A DNA stretch of 64,000 nt from Eledone cirrhosa (GCA_964016885.1 OZ024740.1:211854001-211918000), one strand, 5' to 3'. Counted from the stretch's first letter, positions 1 through 12,153 are shown. Notes: generated from the letters alone by a model not told the origin. Made by a program: numbers and translations.

Positions 1-265
1 AGTACGTATCTGTAAATTAAAAGTGGAAAACTGGGAGAGGGCACTTGCCTTGGTGGTCAGGGTCACTGTGGCCTTTTACTGGGCTTTCTCCACAAATGTC
101 CCTCCGAAGTCTCCCCCCTATTGGGGAATTTTTCATTGTTATTTTTTTGTTACATCCTCTGTTTTTGTTTTTTACACGCAGAAATGCCCATTTGTACCGT
201 CCTGTATTGTCCTGCACTGTCCTTAATGTCTACATTATGTAAACCCTTGTGGTTAATAAAGAAAT
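1..265 (+). mobile_element. 3' UTR/terminus of a Tx1/L1-like LINE ending in an (ATT)n tract
   Basis: Ends CCCTTGTGGTTAATAAAGAAAT and carries CCCCTATTGGGG. Both motifs resemble the 3' UTR of the Tx1-like copy at 50254-50490. Confidence 0.6.
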
Positions 266-364
266 CATTATTATTATTATTGTTATTACTCCTTGAGTCT
301 CAGTCATTGATGTTAGTTAACTGGAAAGTTTGTTGGAATGAATATCAAGCCACTACCTGCAGCC

Positions 365-811
365 TCAGATATTCAGGACGTATCGGAGGGTTCTTGCTGT
401 TCCCAGCAAGCATGCCTTTTGAAGCGTTCCAAAAAGCGTGAAGGAGCCGATTTTCTTTAACCATCCCTGGAAACTTTTTGAGATAGTCCCTAGTGCGCCT
501 ATGACAATCGGGATCACTTTGACTTCATGGCAGTTCCAAATCCTTTTTACCTCCCACTTTAAGCCCTGGTATCGGTTAATTTTCTCCCTCTCCTTCTCTT
601 GCACTCTCGTGTCGAATGGGCAGGCCACATCCACAATCAGGCACGATCTTTTTTCTTTGTCCACAACCACCAGGTCAGGTCTATTGTGTTCCAGTTTCTT
701 GTCCGTCTGTATCCTAAAATCCCACAGAACCTTCACCTGATCGTTCTCTATCACCGCCTCTGGCTTATGCTCATACCATTTCTCAGAATGTGGTAAATTT
801 TTACTTTGCAC
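365..811 (-). CDS. Restriction-like endonuclease domain (PD-(D/E)xK) of the R4-like element
   Basis: WDFRIQTD, NRPDLVV, IVDVACP, KINRY, PIVIGALG. Confidence 0.9.
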   Translation of the reverse strand: MQSKNLPHSEKWYEHKPEAVIENDQVKVLWDFRIQTDKKLEHNRPDLVVVDKEKRSCLIVDVACPFDTRVQEKEREKINRYQGLKWEVKRIWNCHEVKVIPIVIGALGTISKSFQGWLKKIGSFTLFGTLQKACLLGTARTLRYVLNI

Positions 812-2484
812 AGGTGCCAGTGAATCACCCTGCCCATCACATCATGTCTCCAGCCCTTATAGTGGGTTTGGGCTAGGTGTTTACACTCGGATACAATGTG
901 AGCCACAGTCTCCTCTCTCTCTCCACAGATCCTGCACAGTGGGCTAGCCTCCTCCTTGTAAATATGGTGTTTCAACCACTTCGTTTTGAGGGCCTGCTCC
1001 TGCGCAGCCATTAACATTCCTTCTGTAGCCTTTTTAAGGTCTCCTCTTTTCAACCAGTTCCATGTCTGTGGATCTCTAAATTCAGTTTTCTCAAAGAACG
1101 TACTATGAAGGGATTTTTCCTGAAGGCTGCTCTTTCTCCTTGATGTTATTTCCTCCTTGGACATCCCCTGGCCTATTGTCCCCTCCTTCAGTACAGTTCT
1201 GAGCATTGGCTCCTTACTATCAGTCACGTATTTGTGTAGGTTGTTTTTCTCCATCTGAACACAATCCTCTATGCTGATAAGACCTCTTCCACCCTCAGAT
1301 CTCCTTAAGTAGAGTCTATCGACATCACTCCTCTTGTGGAACATGTTGTAGATAGTCAATAGCTTCCTAGTTTTCCTATCCATTTCTTTTTGTTCAGCAA
1401 CATTCCATCCCAGAATTCCCGCACTGTACCTAATAATAGACACAGCTCGGGAATTTACTGCGCTTATGGCATTTCTGCTGTTCAGATGTGACTTCAATAC
1501 GCTCCTTACTCTCCGAATGTATTCAGTTCTTAACAATTCCTTCATTTTTTTGTTCTTTATGCCATCAGCCTCCAGAACGCCCAAATACTTGTATCCTTCC
1601 TCAGAGTCAGAGTCGATTTCCTTTATCATCTCACCTGTTGGTATCTGGATTCCGTTACTTCTGCTCAACCTACCCCTCCTCATCACAATGACTCCACACT
1701 TACTAATACCAAATTGCATACATATATCACTGCTGAAAATACGGACAGCGTCAACAATCACATCCATCTCCTTCTCACTCTTCCCGAAGAGCTTAAGATC
1801 GTCCATGAAGAGGAGGTGATTGATGGTAAGCCCTCCCTTTCCCAACCTGTATCCTGCTCTCACTTTTCGCAGTACACTGGTCAGGGGCATCAGGGCAAGG
1901 ACAAACAACAGAGGGGACAGACTATCTCCCTGGAAGATACCTCTCTTGATCTTCACGCTTCCCAAGGATTCTCCAGTTGATGTCAACTCTGTTTCCCAGG
2001 ACCTCATACTTTTACCCAACAACTGTCTGATGTTATCTGCCACCTTGAAGATCTCCAGGCTTTTGGTGATCCAAGAATGAGGCACCATGTCAAATGCCTT
2101 TCTGTAGTCTATCCATCCCATGGCAAGATCAGTGTGTCTCCTCTTGCAATTCCCCATTACCATCTTATCAATAAGTAACTGGTCCTTTGTACCACGTGAC
2201 TTCTTTCGGCATCCTTTCTGTTCGTCCGGTAACAAGTTGTTTGTGTGGAGGTGATGGTAGATTTCCTCAGACACAATGCTCGTCAACAGTTTCCACATTA
2301 CGGACAGACATGTGATAGGTCTATAGTTGGTAACATCATTACCCTTGATTCGGTCTTTCATTATCAGAACTGTGGTACCTTTTGTCAACCACTCTGGTAC
2401 CTCACCTGACATCAAGCAGTCATTGAACATGGTTGTCAGTTTCGGGTGGAGGGATGTTATATTTTTAATCCAATACCCCTGCAC
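751..2484 (-). CDS. Non-LTR reverse transcriptase plus CCHC zinc finger (frameshifted from the RLE domain)
   Basis: NYRPITCL, DYRKAFD, GIFQGDSLSP, FMDDLKL, YKYLG, GGRGL, CRICGEREETVAHIVSEC. Confidence 0.93.
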   Translation of the reverse strand: MQGYWIKNITSLHPKLTTMFNDCLMSGEVPEWLTKGTTVLIMKDRIKGNDVTNYRPITCLSVMWKLLTSIVSEEIYHHLHTNNLLPDEQKGCRKKSRGTKDQLLIDKMVMGNCKRRHTDLAMGWIDYRKAFDMVPHSWITKSLEIFKVADNIRQLLGKSMRSWETELTSTGESLGSVKIKRGIFQGDSLSPLLFVLALMPLTSVLRKVRAGYRLGKGGLTINHLLFMDDLKLFGKSEKEMDVIVDAVRIFSSDICMQFGISKCGVIVMRRGRLSRSNGIQIPTGEMIKEIDSDSEEGYKYLGVLEADGIKNKKMKELLRTEYIRRVRSVLKSHLNSRNAISAVNSRAVSIIRYSAGILGWNVAEQKEMDRKTRKLLTIYNMFHKRSDVDRLYLRRSEGGRGLISIEDCVQMEKNNLHKYVTDSKEPMLRTVLKEGTIGQGMSKEEITSRRKSSLQEKSLHSTFFEKTEFRDPQTWNWLKRGDLKKATEGMLMAAQEQALKTKWLKHHIYKEEASPLCRICGEREETVAHIVSECKHLAQTHYKGWRHDVMGRVIHWHLCKVKIYHILRNGMSISQRR

Positions 2485-2901
2485 ACCATCTCGGCCTGGT
2501 GATTTCCAGTTGGTTAGTTTTTGGCCTGCCCCTTAAGAGTTTCAACTGTGATACTCAAATCAGTTTGTTGGTGTGCCTGTTCACTAATCTCCTTCTGTAC
2601 TGTCTCAATCCACACTGCCTAGTCATTATGTCTAACATCCTGCTCCCATATTCCTCTCCAGAATGTTTTAGTTTGTTCCGCCTCAGGGATCAAGTCTTTG
2701 CCTCTTTCTTTCCCTTCAAGCTGTCCAAACAGCATCCTCTGGCTGCTGTCGAACATGCGGTTCTGTTTATACTGACTGACTCTGTTCTCGTATCGCCTAA
2801 TCTTTGCACTCTTTGCTACAATGCATTGCTTCAGTTCCTCTATGATAATATTTAGCTTTTTCCTCCTAGTTTTGTACTCTATTATTATTATTATTATTAT
2901 T

Positions 2902-3004
2902 AGTCTTGCCATTGTGCACTTTTACTCGACCTTATTGTAAACCCCCACTGTCCCTGTCTTTGTATTGTCCCCTACATGTCGGCCCTTGTGGCTAATAAAT
3001 GAAA

Positions 3005-3005
<1 letters not shown>
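2902..3005 (+). mobile_element. Very short 3' terminal fragment of a Tx1-like LINE in (ATT)n
   Basis: Ends CCCTTGTGGCTAATAAATGAAAT followed by CATTATT..., as at 245-275 and 50468-50490. Confidence 0.55.
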
Positions 3006-3041
<36 letters not shown>

Positions 3042-3283
3042 AGTTGCATTTATCTTGCTTTATGTTCATACGAGTTATCACCAAGTCACAACCAGTGACC
3101 TCAAGAGACAACAAGGTCCGCCATGTTCAAGAAAGAACATACATACTCACACATGCATCTTTAGTGTTTAGACTTGTGATGTACTTATATTGACAGAATC
3201 TTCCTTAGTATATGGGCAGTTCCCATTAGTACTATCTTTTGTATTTCTCCTATACGCGGGTTTCCTGGGATTTACGATAAGTA
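3042..3283 (-). mobile_element. Short 3' copy of a second R4/Dong-like family, flanked by (TAA)n
   Basis: Near-identical to 3492-3732. Confidence 0.8.
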
Positions 3284-3299
3284 ATCATTATTATTATTA

Positions 3300-3478
3300 T
3301 TGGCAGTATTAGTAGAGAGTCGGACGCCATGCTTTCCAGCATAGTTACGTCCCTTTACAGTCTGTGTTCAAATCCCGCCGAGGTTAACTTTGCCTTTCAT
3401 CCTTACGGGGTCGATAAAATAAAGTACCCGTAATGTACTGGGTAATTGCTGGCCTTGTGCCAAAAGTAGAAACAATTA
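3300..3478 (+). mobile_element. tRNA-derived SINE with (ATT)n tail
   Basis: B-box-like GTTCAAATCC. The body CCGCCGAGGTTAACTTTGCCTTTCATCCTTACGGGGTCGATAAAAT recurs at 19.2-20.0 kb and 34.8 kb. Confidence 0.8.
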
Positions 3479-3491
3479 TTATTATTATTAT

Positions 3492-4235
3492 TTGCATTTA
3501 TCTTGCTTTATGTTCATACGAGTTATCACCAAGTCACAACCAGTGACCTCAAGAGACAACAAGGTCCGCCATGTTCAAGAAAGAACATACATACTCACAC
3601 ATGCATCCTTAGTGTTTAGACTTGTGATGTACTTATATTGACAGGATCTTCCTTAGTATATGGGCAGTTCCCATTAGTACTATCTTTTGTATTTCTCCTA
3701 TACGCGGGTTTCCTGGGATTTGCGATAAGTAGTCGTTAGACCCCTTAGGTATCATTCCCAGAGCGCCTACAACCACTGGTATTGTTTTAGTTCTCAATTT
3801 CCACATTTTTCCAATTTCTATCTCCAGGTCCTTATACTTGCTCAATTTTTCAAATGTTTTTAGATACATTCTTGTCTATTGGAACAGACATATCAATTAG
3901 CAGGCATACCCTCCTTTGAAAGTCCTTCAATATTATATCAGGTCTATTTGCATCTATTTTTCGGTCTGTTTGGATGCTAAAGTTGCACAAGATTGAGATG
4001 TGATCTTTTTCAAGTATGGGAGGTGGTTGATGCTCCCACCAATTCTTTTGATGGGGCAGGTCAAAATGCTTACACATTATCCAATGTATGTATTGTGCAG
4101 CTCTGTCATGCCTGTTTAGGTATTCGGTTGGAGCTATAGGACTGCACATTGAAATTATATGGTCAATGGTCTCTGGTTGTTTTTTGCATACACGGCATAA
4201 TGGGCTGCACCCATTTTTTATTATGTTGGCTTGGT
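3492..4235 (-). mobile_element. 5'-truncated R4/Dong-like element (end of zinc finger + RLE), flanked by (TAA)n
   Basis: ORFs 3850..4149 (YLNRHD, NRPDIIL, LIDMSVP) and 3633..3869 (KYKDL, PVVVGALG). Confidence 0.85.
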
Positions 4236-4237
4236 AA

Positions 4238-4242
<5 letters not shown>

Positions 4243-4295
<53 letters not shown>

Positions 4296-4405
4296 TTTTT
4301 CTTTTTCTTTTTCTTCTTCTTCTTCTTCTTCTTCTTCTTCTTCTTCTTCTTCTTCTTCTTCTTCTTCTTCTTCTTCTTCTTCTTCTTCTTCTTCTTCTTC
4401 TTCTT
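4243..4405. repeat. Compound (TTA)n/(TTC)n microsatellite
   Basis: Directly visible. Confidence 0.98.
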
Positions 4406-4760
4406 GGGCGTTGTGTGCTGAAGACTTGCGTAGATTAGAAAGAAATGAAGCGTGCATGCTCTGATGGATGTGTAATAGTAATGTGCACGAACAGTGAAGC
4501 ATAAACGAATTGAGAGAGAGACTAAGCATAAGAGGTATAGCGTTGGTATGACCATGTGATGCATATGAAGGACGACAGCTGTATAAAAAGGTGCAGGGCA
4601 ATGAAAATTGATGGAAGCTACGGAGTGGGTAGACCAAAAAAAACCTGCCAGAGACACTTCTCATGGTTTTCCAACCACCCCTGCATCAAATGGAACAAAA
4701 CCGTATAGCCCATGCTAGAGTGGAAGATGGACGTTAAACGATGATGATGATGATGATGAA
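4405..4760 (+). mobile_element. RTE-clade LINE 3' fragment with (GAT)n tail
   Basis: LRRLERNEA matches the C-terminal piece at 5978..6316. Ends GTTAAACGATGATGATG. Confidence 0.75.
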
Positions 4761-5244
4761 TTCTAACTTTAACTTGATAAACTCTAAACAAAAATAATAT
4801 CAAAACAATATATATATCCTTGTGGTGAAGGGGCGTATATCTGTTTATCTTTATTCACTCCTCCTACCCACTCAAGATTCACACTACATATAACCCAGAA
4901 AAACTGGGGACTAATTATAGTCTATTGACACATTTCATCAGATTTTGCCACTTTTAAACTTCCCATCACGGGTGTGAATAACTAATAATCGTTTGGTACA
5001 GGCGATGATCCGACGGTTGTGGCAGCTTTCCCGACTGCACACCAGGCGCTCGGGTCGATCAGCCTTCCTAGAGTGCTTGGAAAAATTAAATGTCCCCTTC
5101 TTTCGGTAAACGAAAATACTCGGAACGGCTGTTTCCTCCAGGGACCCTGTCGGACTTGGAATCCGCCGTGCAACCGGTTATTGACCGCCAAACACTACCT
5201 TTAAATTCTAGGCTTAATCATAACTTTTAACTTTATCATGCCTC

Positions 5245-5864
5245 TATAACGGCGGCGAAGATTCGAAACCGAATCTGAGCTTTCCCGCCTCTGGGACAAG
5301 CCGTGGTTACTTGTTTACGCTCAAGAGACTAACCCCTTGGGAGAGGCTAAACACAGGTCAGAGGTGTTTACGCCTGACAGAAAATAGGTCAGAGGATATA
5401 TCCATCTTTCTGACTTGTTTACGGTTGGCAAACTAATCCCTTGGGAGACTAACCAAAGTTCAGAGGATATATCTATCCTTCTAACTTCAACTCTTATAAA
5501 GACAGGGATTGTTTACGCAAAAAACCCCAGAAAAACAGTGGATACAGACAAGACGAGTCTCATTTACAGGCTCTCGTCACGAAAACCAGTCTACCACTTA
5601 TTCTCACCTTCCTGGCTGATCGCTGACTCCTGCAATACAAATAAGTAAATATACTGATACGCCGCACACACGCAATTCATAGTGAGTCCAACATTTGTAC
5701 ACGCACCATTCATTTCTGTTTACACATATTATAATCGTATTCTGTGATATTTGAATTTACGTGGCTCGAAGAGCCACCAAATTATTGTATGAATATTTTG
5801 TGTCAATTATTTTGTCATTCAATATTCAAATTGAATATTGTTGTAATAAAATAAACTTTGTAAC
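5245..5864 (+). mobile_element. Probable solo LTR (second, partial copy at 12701-13020)
   Basis: Starts TATAAC (degenerate TGTAAC), ends AATAAA...TGTAACA, has internal GTTTACG repeats. No clean TSD. Confidence 0.5.
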
Positions 5865-6059
5865 AACACTCCTGGTATTTTTATTTACACCGAAACCACC
5901 ATACCAACAGTTACATCCATCCATCCACTTGTCGTTACAACCACACATAATATTCCGTTACACATATCTAGACACTCTTAGTCTGACAAATACTTTGTAT
6001 ACATATACATGCGCATATGTACTGGCATATATACATACACACTTATATACACACACATA

Positions 6060-8710
6060 CATTCCACCCATGTTTTTCGTGGTCTACCTCTACCACGCCT
6101 TCCTTCAACTGGCATTTCCTGGCACTTCTTCACCCATCGGTCATCCTCCATGCGCATCACATGTCCATACCACCTCAGTCTCCTCTCTCGTACACTACAT
6201 TCCCTCCCTCTCAGACACAGTTTCTCTCTCAACACATTCATGCTGGGTCGTTCACGCACATTGACATTGTACATCCAACGGAGAATGCTTGCCTCATTTC
6301 TCTCCAGCCGTCGCATATCCTATGCAGTTGCTGCCGAAGTCTCACTACAATGCAGCATCGCGCTCCTCACACATGCATCATATAACCTTCGTACGCAGGG
6401 AGAAACCCTTCTTCGTCAGCAGAGGAAGCAGCTCCCTAAACTTCTTCCAACCCGTCCTTATTCTGGATACTATGGCCTCGGAACACCCCCTCCCATGCTA
6501 ATCTGATCTCCTAGGTACCGAAAGCTATCAACCACTTCTATAGCACCCGCTTGCATTTGAAAAATCTGTCTATCAATGTGACTTCTACTGTCTAATTTCC
6601 CTGTACATCTACTGCATACGTATTTCTCCCTACCTGTTAGTTTGCCTGCTATCCCACTCCATCTCTTGTGTACCCAGGATCTGCATTATGTGCATTTTAT
6701 AGAATTTATGCAGTTCCTTTTTTGCATATCGAATATGGCCATTTCCCTGATGGAATCAGAGTTTTGTCCTCTTTTCTACTCATCAACACTTTTGTCTTAG
6801 CTAGGTTCACCCTCAGTCCTCTTGCTTCCAACTGCCGTTTCCATAGCCAGAATTTATTCTCTAGCTCCTCTACTGATTCTGCTATAAGAACCAGATCGTC
6901 AGCATAGGGAAGTTCCCATGGACAGCCAGTCTTAAACTCCTCTGTTATGGCTTGGAGGACTATAACGTACAAGAGCGGACTGAGGACCGAACCTTGATGT
7001 ACTCCTAATTGTTTCTGGAATTCCTCACTAAACTCCATTCCTACCCTGACTTTACTGACAGCACCTCTCTACAAAGTTTGCACTGTCCTCACAAGAAATT
7101 CCTCAGCACCTATTTTCCTTAGGGACCACCAGATGACAGATCGGGGTACCCTATCAAAGGCCTTCTCTAGATCAACAAAGGCTAAGTATAGTGGCTTATT
7201 TTTCTATAAGAATCTCTCTTGTAATTGTCTCACCAAGCAGAGGGCATCTGTTGTACTCTTCCCAAGCACAAAACCAAACTGCATCTCATCTAGTTTGACC
7301 CTTTCTCTAATTAGTTGTGCTAATATCCTTTCTGCCACTTTCATAACCTGATCCATCAGTTTTATACCCCTATAATTGCTCCTCTCCAGATCATCCCCTT
7401 TACCTTTGTAGCAATTTATGAGAATAATGCTGCACCAGTCTTTGGGTATGACACCACCATATATAGCCTGATTGATGATGCGTGCAACCAGTTTAGTGCC
7501 TTCAGCATCTCAGCAACTATCCCCGATGGTCCAGCAGCCTTACCATTTTCCATTTCTTTAATCGTCTCTTGGACCCTATATTCGTCAATCTCAATAGCTG
7601 GTCCTTCTGTCGGATCTACTGAGGGCAATTTCTCTCTCTCCTATTCATTCTCCACATTCATCAGTCTCTCATAATGACATTTCCAGGCCTCCTTTTTTTG
7701 ATCATTCGTGACACTAAGTACATCATTCTGGACACATTTATCTCCAACAACATCCTGATTTTCATTGACACACTGCCTTGCAATGTGGAACACCGCACGC
7801 CTCTGATCTTCCCGTCGCAGAACATTGGCAAACCTCCTACTCTCAGCCTCCCTGCGTGCTAAGTACACCTGACGTCTAGCTTCTCTTTTAGCGGATGTAT
7901 ATCCTTCTCTACTCCCACCCTTTTTCCAAGCCTTCCATGCTAGTCTTTTGTCTTTAATGGCCTTCTCTTCTGTGCTGTTCCACCACCAGGTCACTCTCTG
8001 TCTGGTTGGAGCTCTGCCCCAGCCACACATTTCATCAGTAGCCGGCAGTACGTTGTCACGTAAGAAATTCCAGTTATTATCTGTCATTTGTCTCTAAATC
8101 GTCTTCTTTTTCGTCATACACATCTTGAAGGACTTTCCTAAATTTGTATTTTAGTGAAAGGTCTTTTAGCTTCCAGACCTTTCTTCGCCACACCTTCATT
8201 GTATGTCTCATTCCATCTCTTGCTTACTGAGATATCACTAACGACTAACCTATGCTGTGAGGTACATTCTTCCCCAGGATATGCCTTGGTATTAGACACC
8301 ATCTGCCTGTCCCACTGCCTAACTAGTAAGAAGTCAATCTGGCTTATGTGCTCGCCTGATTTGAAGGTTATTAGGTGGTTGGCAGGTTTCTAGAAGTTAG
8401 TGTTGCAAATAGTCAGTTTACTTGCATCACAAAATTCAAGAAGTGTCACTCCTTCTTCATTTCTTGAGCCGTAACCGTGCCCACCATGTACCCCAGTGTA
8501 ACCATTCTGGAGCTGTCCAACATGACCATTGAAATCCCCTGCTAGCATAAACGATGTCTCCGTCCTCTGTCATTGCGGTTGTTTGTAAAAGTTGCTCGTA
8601 AAAGCAGTCTTTCCCTTCTTTGCCTAGGCCTGCCTGGGGAGCATAGGCAGAGATGATTGTCAGTAGTCTCCTGCCTACAACTAATCTAAGCTTCATTATT
8701 CTATCAAAGA
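6060..8710 (-). mobile_element. Degenerate RTE-clade LINE (APE endonuclease + RT)
   Basis: TIISAYAPQ (8457..8696), KAAGPSGI, QGSVLSPLL and YADDLVL (6706..7038), RLRWYGHVMR and RGRGRPRKTW. Multiple stops and frameshifts. Confidence 0.9.
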
Positions 8711-8719
8711 CCTCCCTGT

Positions 8720-9432
8720 ATAGATAAGAAATGCATAATCTGTAAACTAAGCCCCCATATTAATTGTAAAACTAGAAATGTAGTATATAGCATAAGATGT
8801 ACTGAACGAAAATGTAAAGATAAGAATATAGTGTACATAGGTGAGACAGCTCGTAGTATAGGAGAACGGTTAAATGAACACTGGCGAGAGCTTCAAGATA
8901 AAAAAGAATCATCAATACTCCACCAACATGCTAAAATATAACATAAGGGCAAATTAGAGAACATAGAAATAAAAATAGAATCTACAGTCAATAAACATAA
9001 ATGAACTCCAACCAAAATTAAATAGAAAACATGAATGGAATAGCAACATCACAACTTACAATTAAGGACAAAATGAAAACACACACACACACACATAGAA
9101 CAAACAACCAACCAGTAACATGTATATAAACAAATAAAAACACACACAAACACCTGGATGTAACACATGCGCAAATTAAGCACACAACACACACAAAAAC
9201 AAGATGGCGTAGGACAGAACAAAGGAGAGGCACAAAACAAAGAAAAGAATCCCAGTCACTGAAGAGGTCACAGAATGTGTGACGAAAGAACTTTGACAAT
9301 ATATGAACAACCTTCCGGTTGTGGAACCAACCAACCAACCAACCGGAAATTTATAAATTTATAAATTTAATTTATAATAAATTGGAGTGAAACAACAGGT
9401 GCGTGTGTTTCTCATTGGCAACATGACCCTCC
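8720..9432 (+). mobile_element. Penelope-like element 3' part: GIY-YIG fragment + pseudo-LTR
   Basis: Manual translation NVVYSIRC...VYIGETARSIGERLNEH (~8778-8885). Region ~8990-9430 is repeated at ~11545-11990. Confidence 0.75.
9255..9297 (+). ncRNA. Minimal type I hammerhead ribozyme candidate
   Basis: GTCA-CTGAAGA-gGTCACA..TGTGAC-GAAAG-aa-CTT-TGAC. Confidence 0.5.
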
Positions 9433-9530
9433 CAAAGCATAAAAATATCGATTTCAACACACGTTTTCAGATAAAGAATCTTGCTAAACAAATTCATAAA
9501 CGAAATATATATATATATATATATATATAT

Positions 9531-9918
9531 ATCATAAAACATGCCTATAGTATCACCAGATAAAATATATACCGTTTCCTCTCCCAATTAGCATAATTAA
9601 CCATATAAAAAATCAATTAGACCAAGCTATAAGAATAAAGGCTCTTATGAAGAAATCTCCGACAAATAACCGAAAGCAGCGCTTCGCGGCGGTTGCGACG
9701 GGGTATTTATCGAGTATTTCGACAGCGTGTATAAATCGACCAGATATAGTCAACTAAACAGAATTAGGTGTAAAATAAACTAGAAGAAAGGTGAACATAT
9801 TTAGTTACCTTTATTCTTATAGCTTGGTCTAATTGATTTTTTATATGGTTAATTATGCTAATTGGGAGAGGAAACGGTATATATTTTATCTGGTGATTCT
9901 ATAGACATGTTTTATGAT
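9531..9918. mobile_element. MITE / foldback element with ~110-bp terminal inverted repeats in TA context
   Basis: 9531-9641 is the near-perfect reverse complement of 9808-9918. Confidence 0.8.
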
Positions 9919-10022
9919 ATACAGCTCTGATTATTTAATTTATTAATTCTTCATTGAGAGACAAAGTGACCCGTTGCAAAACACATATATATCTATGACT
10001 TTATATATATATATATGTAAAC

Positions 10023-10056
<34 letters not shown>

Positions 10057-10974
10057 TTCAAGGGTAACCAATCTTAAAGAGAGAGATGGAGATAGGAGAG
10101 GAGAAGAGAGATTGGTGAATTAGTTAGAAGCCAAAGCGTAAAGGCATGTGCTCAATGTGCAATATGCAGTGGAAGGCAGCTAGGTGGCTGGGTTCATGCA
10201 GAGTTGGGTGCACAGAGCTGGAAATATTCATTAGTGAAGCAAAACAAGACCACACATTTCACAAGGAAGACATTATTAAAAGATTGTCACCATATTTTAG
10301 TTTGATGCAAGGAATGTAGAGAATAATAATAATAATAATAATAATATTAATAATAATAATAATAATGTCCGTTTACAATTGTTTAGCTACTCCATATAAT
10401 ATTTCTGGATCAAATGATTATAGATCATTATTGATCTGGTTCAGTTGAAAATAATTAACATATGTAAAAATAGAGCAGCTCATTGGAACTTCAAAGGAAT
10501 ATAAATTAAAATAAGGAGAGAATGTTACATGAATGTAATGTTCCATATATTGGTATTTCACTATGGTGTCCTGGGTATATCCATTGTCTGCCATAGTCGA
10601 GCAATATTCTTCTGTCGAGGCTGCATTGTGTGAGATCTTCCTATGAGTAACAAGATGGCCGCCAATGGACATATTTACCTTACTAATTAGAGGGTGGTTT
10701 CAGGGGAAGTAACTCCGCTAGAGATTAGAAATTGTGGGTAGTTTAAGTTAAGAAGTGCTAATTTTTTAATTTTTTAATTGAGAGACAATGTAAGGGAGGT
10801 AACTTATAATTATCTAAGTTAGCTATAAGTATTTAACTTATTAGCTACAAGTAAAAATGGGGCTAGATAACTATGTTGGGTCAAATATTCTGTTGGCGAA
10901 GGAATTAGCCCTTCGATGTTGACAGCTAATAGTTACCTCCGTTCTATCGTTAATCGGTAGAGGTCGTGATAGAG

Positions 10975-11208
10975 TTATTTAATATGCTTCGGTAAGACAG
11001 ATGTCACAAGAGTTTCTTCGTCCATTGAACGGTTGGGCCCTAACCAAGATATCCCATGTTAGTGGGTGTTCAATGTTGGTTAGTTTAAGGTTTTTAATGA
11101 GCCTAGCCAGAGATGTCAAACATCTGTTGTTAGGGTCTCGTAAGGAAAAAGAGTGCGCGTTATAGCGTACCGTAAAAGGGTTAGAAGTAGAGCCAATATA
11201 GGAGCTGG

Positions 11209-11210
<2 letters not shown>
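10975..11210 (-). pseudogene. PLE GIY-YIG endonuclease fragment
   Basis: [19 protein letters not shown]...TSLA...CDICLTE, homologous to 38686..39393. Confidence 0.75.
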
Positions 11211-11243
<33 letters not shown>

Positions 11244-11249
11244 GTATAT

Positions 11250-11330
11250 ACTTGGTTGGGATATACATACTCGACGAGATCAGGAGAGAAATACCCAACC
11301 TGGGTGGCGGGCTGTACCGAGACGATGCAT
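11250..11330 (+). pseudogene. Tiny PLE RT active-site fragment embedded in (TA)n
   Basis: [26 protein letters not shown] versus LVGIYLIHRLTEEIPGIRGGIYRDDA at 40338..40559. Confidence 0.75.
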
Positions 11331-11334
11331 ATAC

Positions 11335-11376
<42 letters not shown>

Positions 11377-11509
11377 GTATATATATATATGTATATATAT
11401 ATGTATATATATATATGTATATATATATGTATATATATATGTATATATATATATGTATATATATATGTATATATATACGTATATATGTATATATATATAT
11501 GTATATATA

Positions 11510-11995
11510 GAAAAGACACAATGTTTAGACAAATCACAGAAGCAATAAACATGAATGAACTCCAACCAAAATTAAATAGCAACATCACAACTTACAATTA
11601 AAGACAAAATGAAAACACACACACATAGAACAAACAACCATCTAGAAACATGTAAATAAACAAATAAATAAACAAATAAAAACACACACGGACACCCGGA
11701 TGTAACACATGCGCAAACTAAGCACACAACACACAGAAAAACAAAAACAAGATGGCGTATGACAGAACAAGGGAGAGGCACAAAACAAAGACAAGAATCC
11801 CCGGTTACTGATGAGGTCACAGAATGTGTGACGAAAGAACTTTGACAATATATGAACAACCGTCCGGTTGTGGAAATCAACGAACCAACCGGAAATTTAT
11901 GAATTTTTTTTAAATTTATAATTTAATTTATAATAAATTGGAGTGAAAGCAACTGGTGCGTATGTTTGTTATTGGCAACACGACCCTCCCAAAGT
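11510..11995 (+). mobile_element. Second copy of the PLE pseudo-LTR, with hammerhead motif at 11804-11846
   Basis: Homologous to 8990-9430. GTTA-CTGATGA-gGTCACA..TGTGAC-GAAAG-aa-CTT-TGAC. Confidence 0.7.
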
Positions 11996-11996
11996 A

Positions 11997-12153
<157 letters not shown>

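Larger units (their letters stand above)
290..2880 (-). mobile_element. 5'-truncated R4/Dong-like non-LTR retrotransposon (RT + restriction-like endonuclease), flanked by (TAA)n on both sides
   Basis: RT ORF 751..2484, RLE ORF 365..811, upstream ORF piece 2619..2912. TAA tracts at 266-290 and 2881-2901. Confidence 0.9.
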
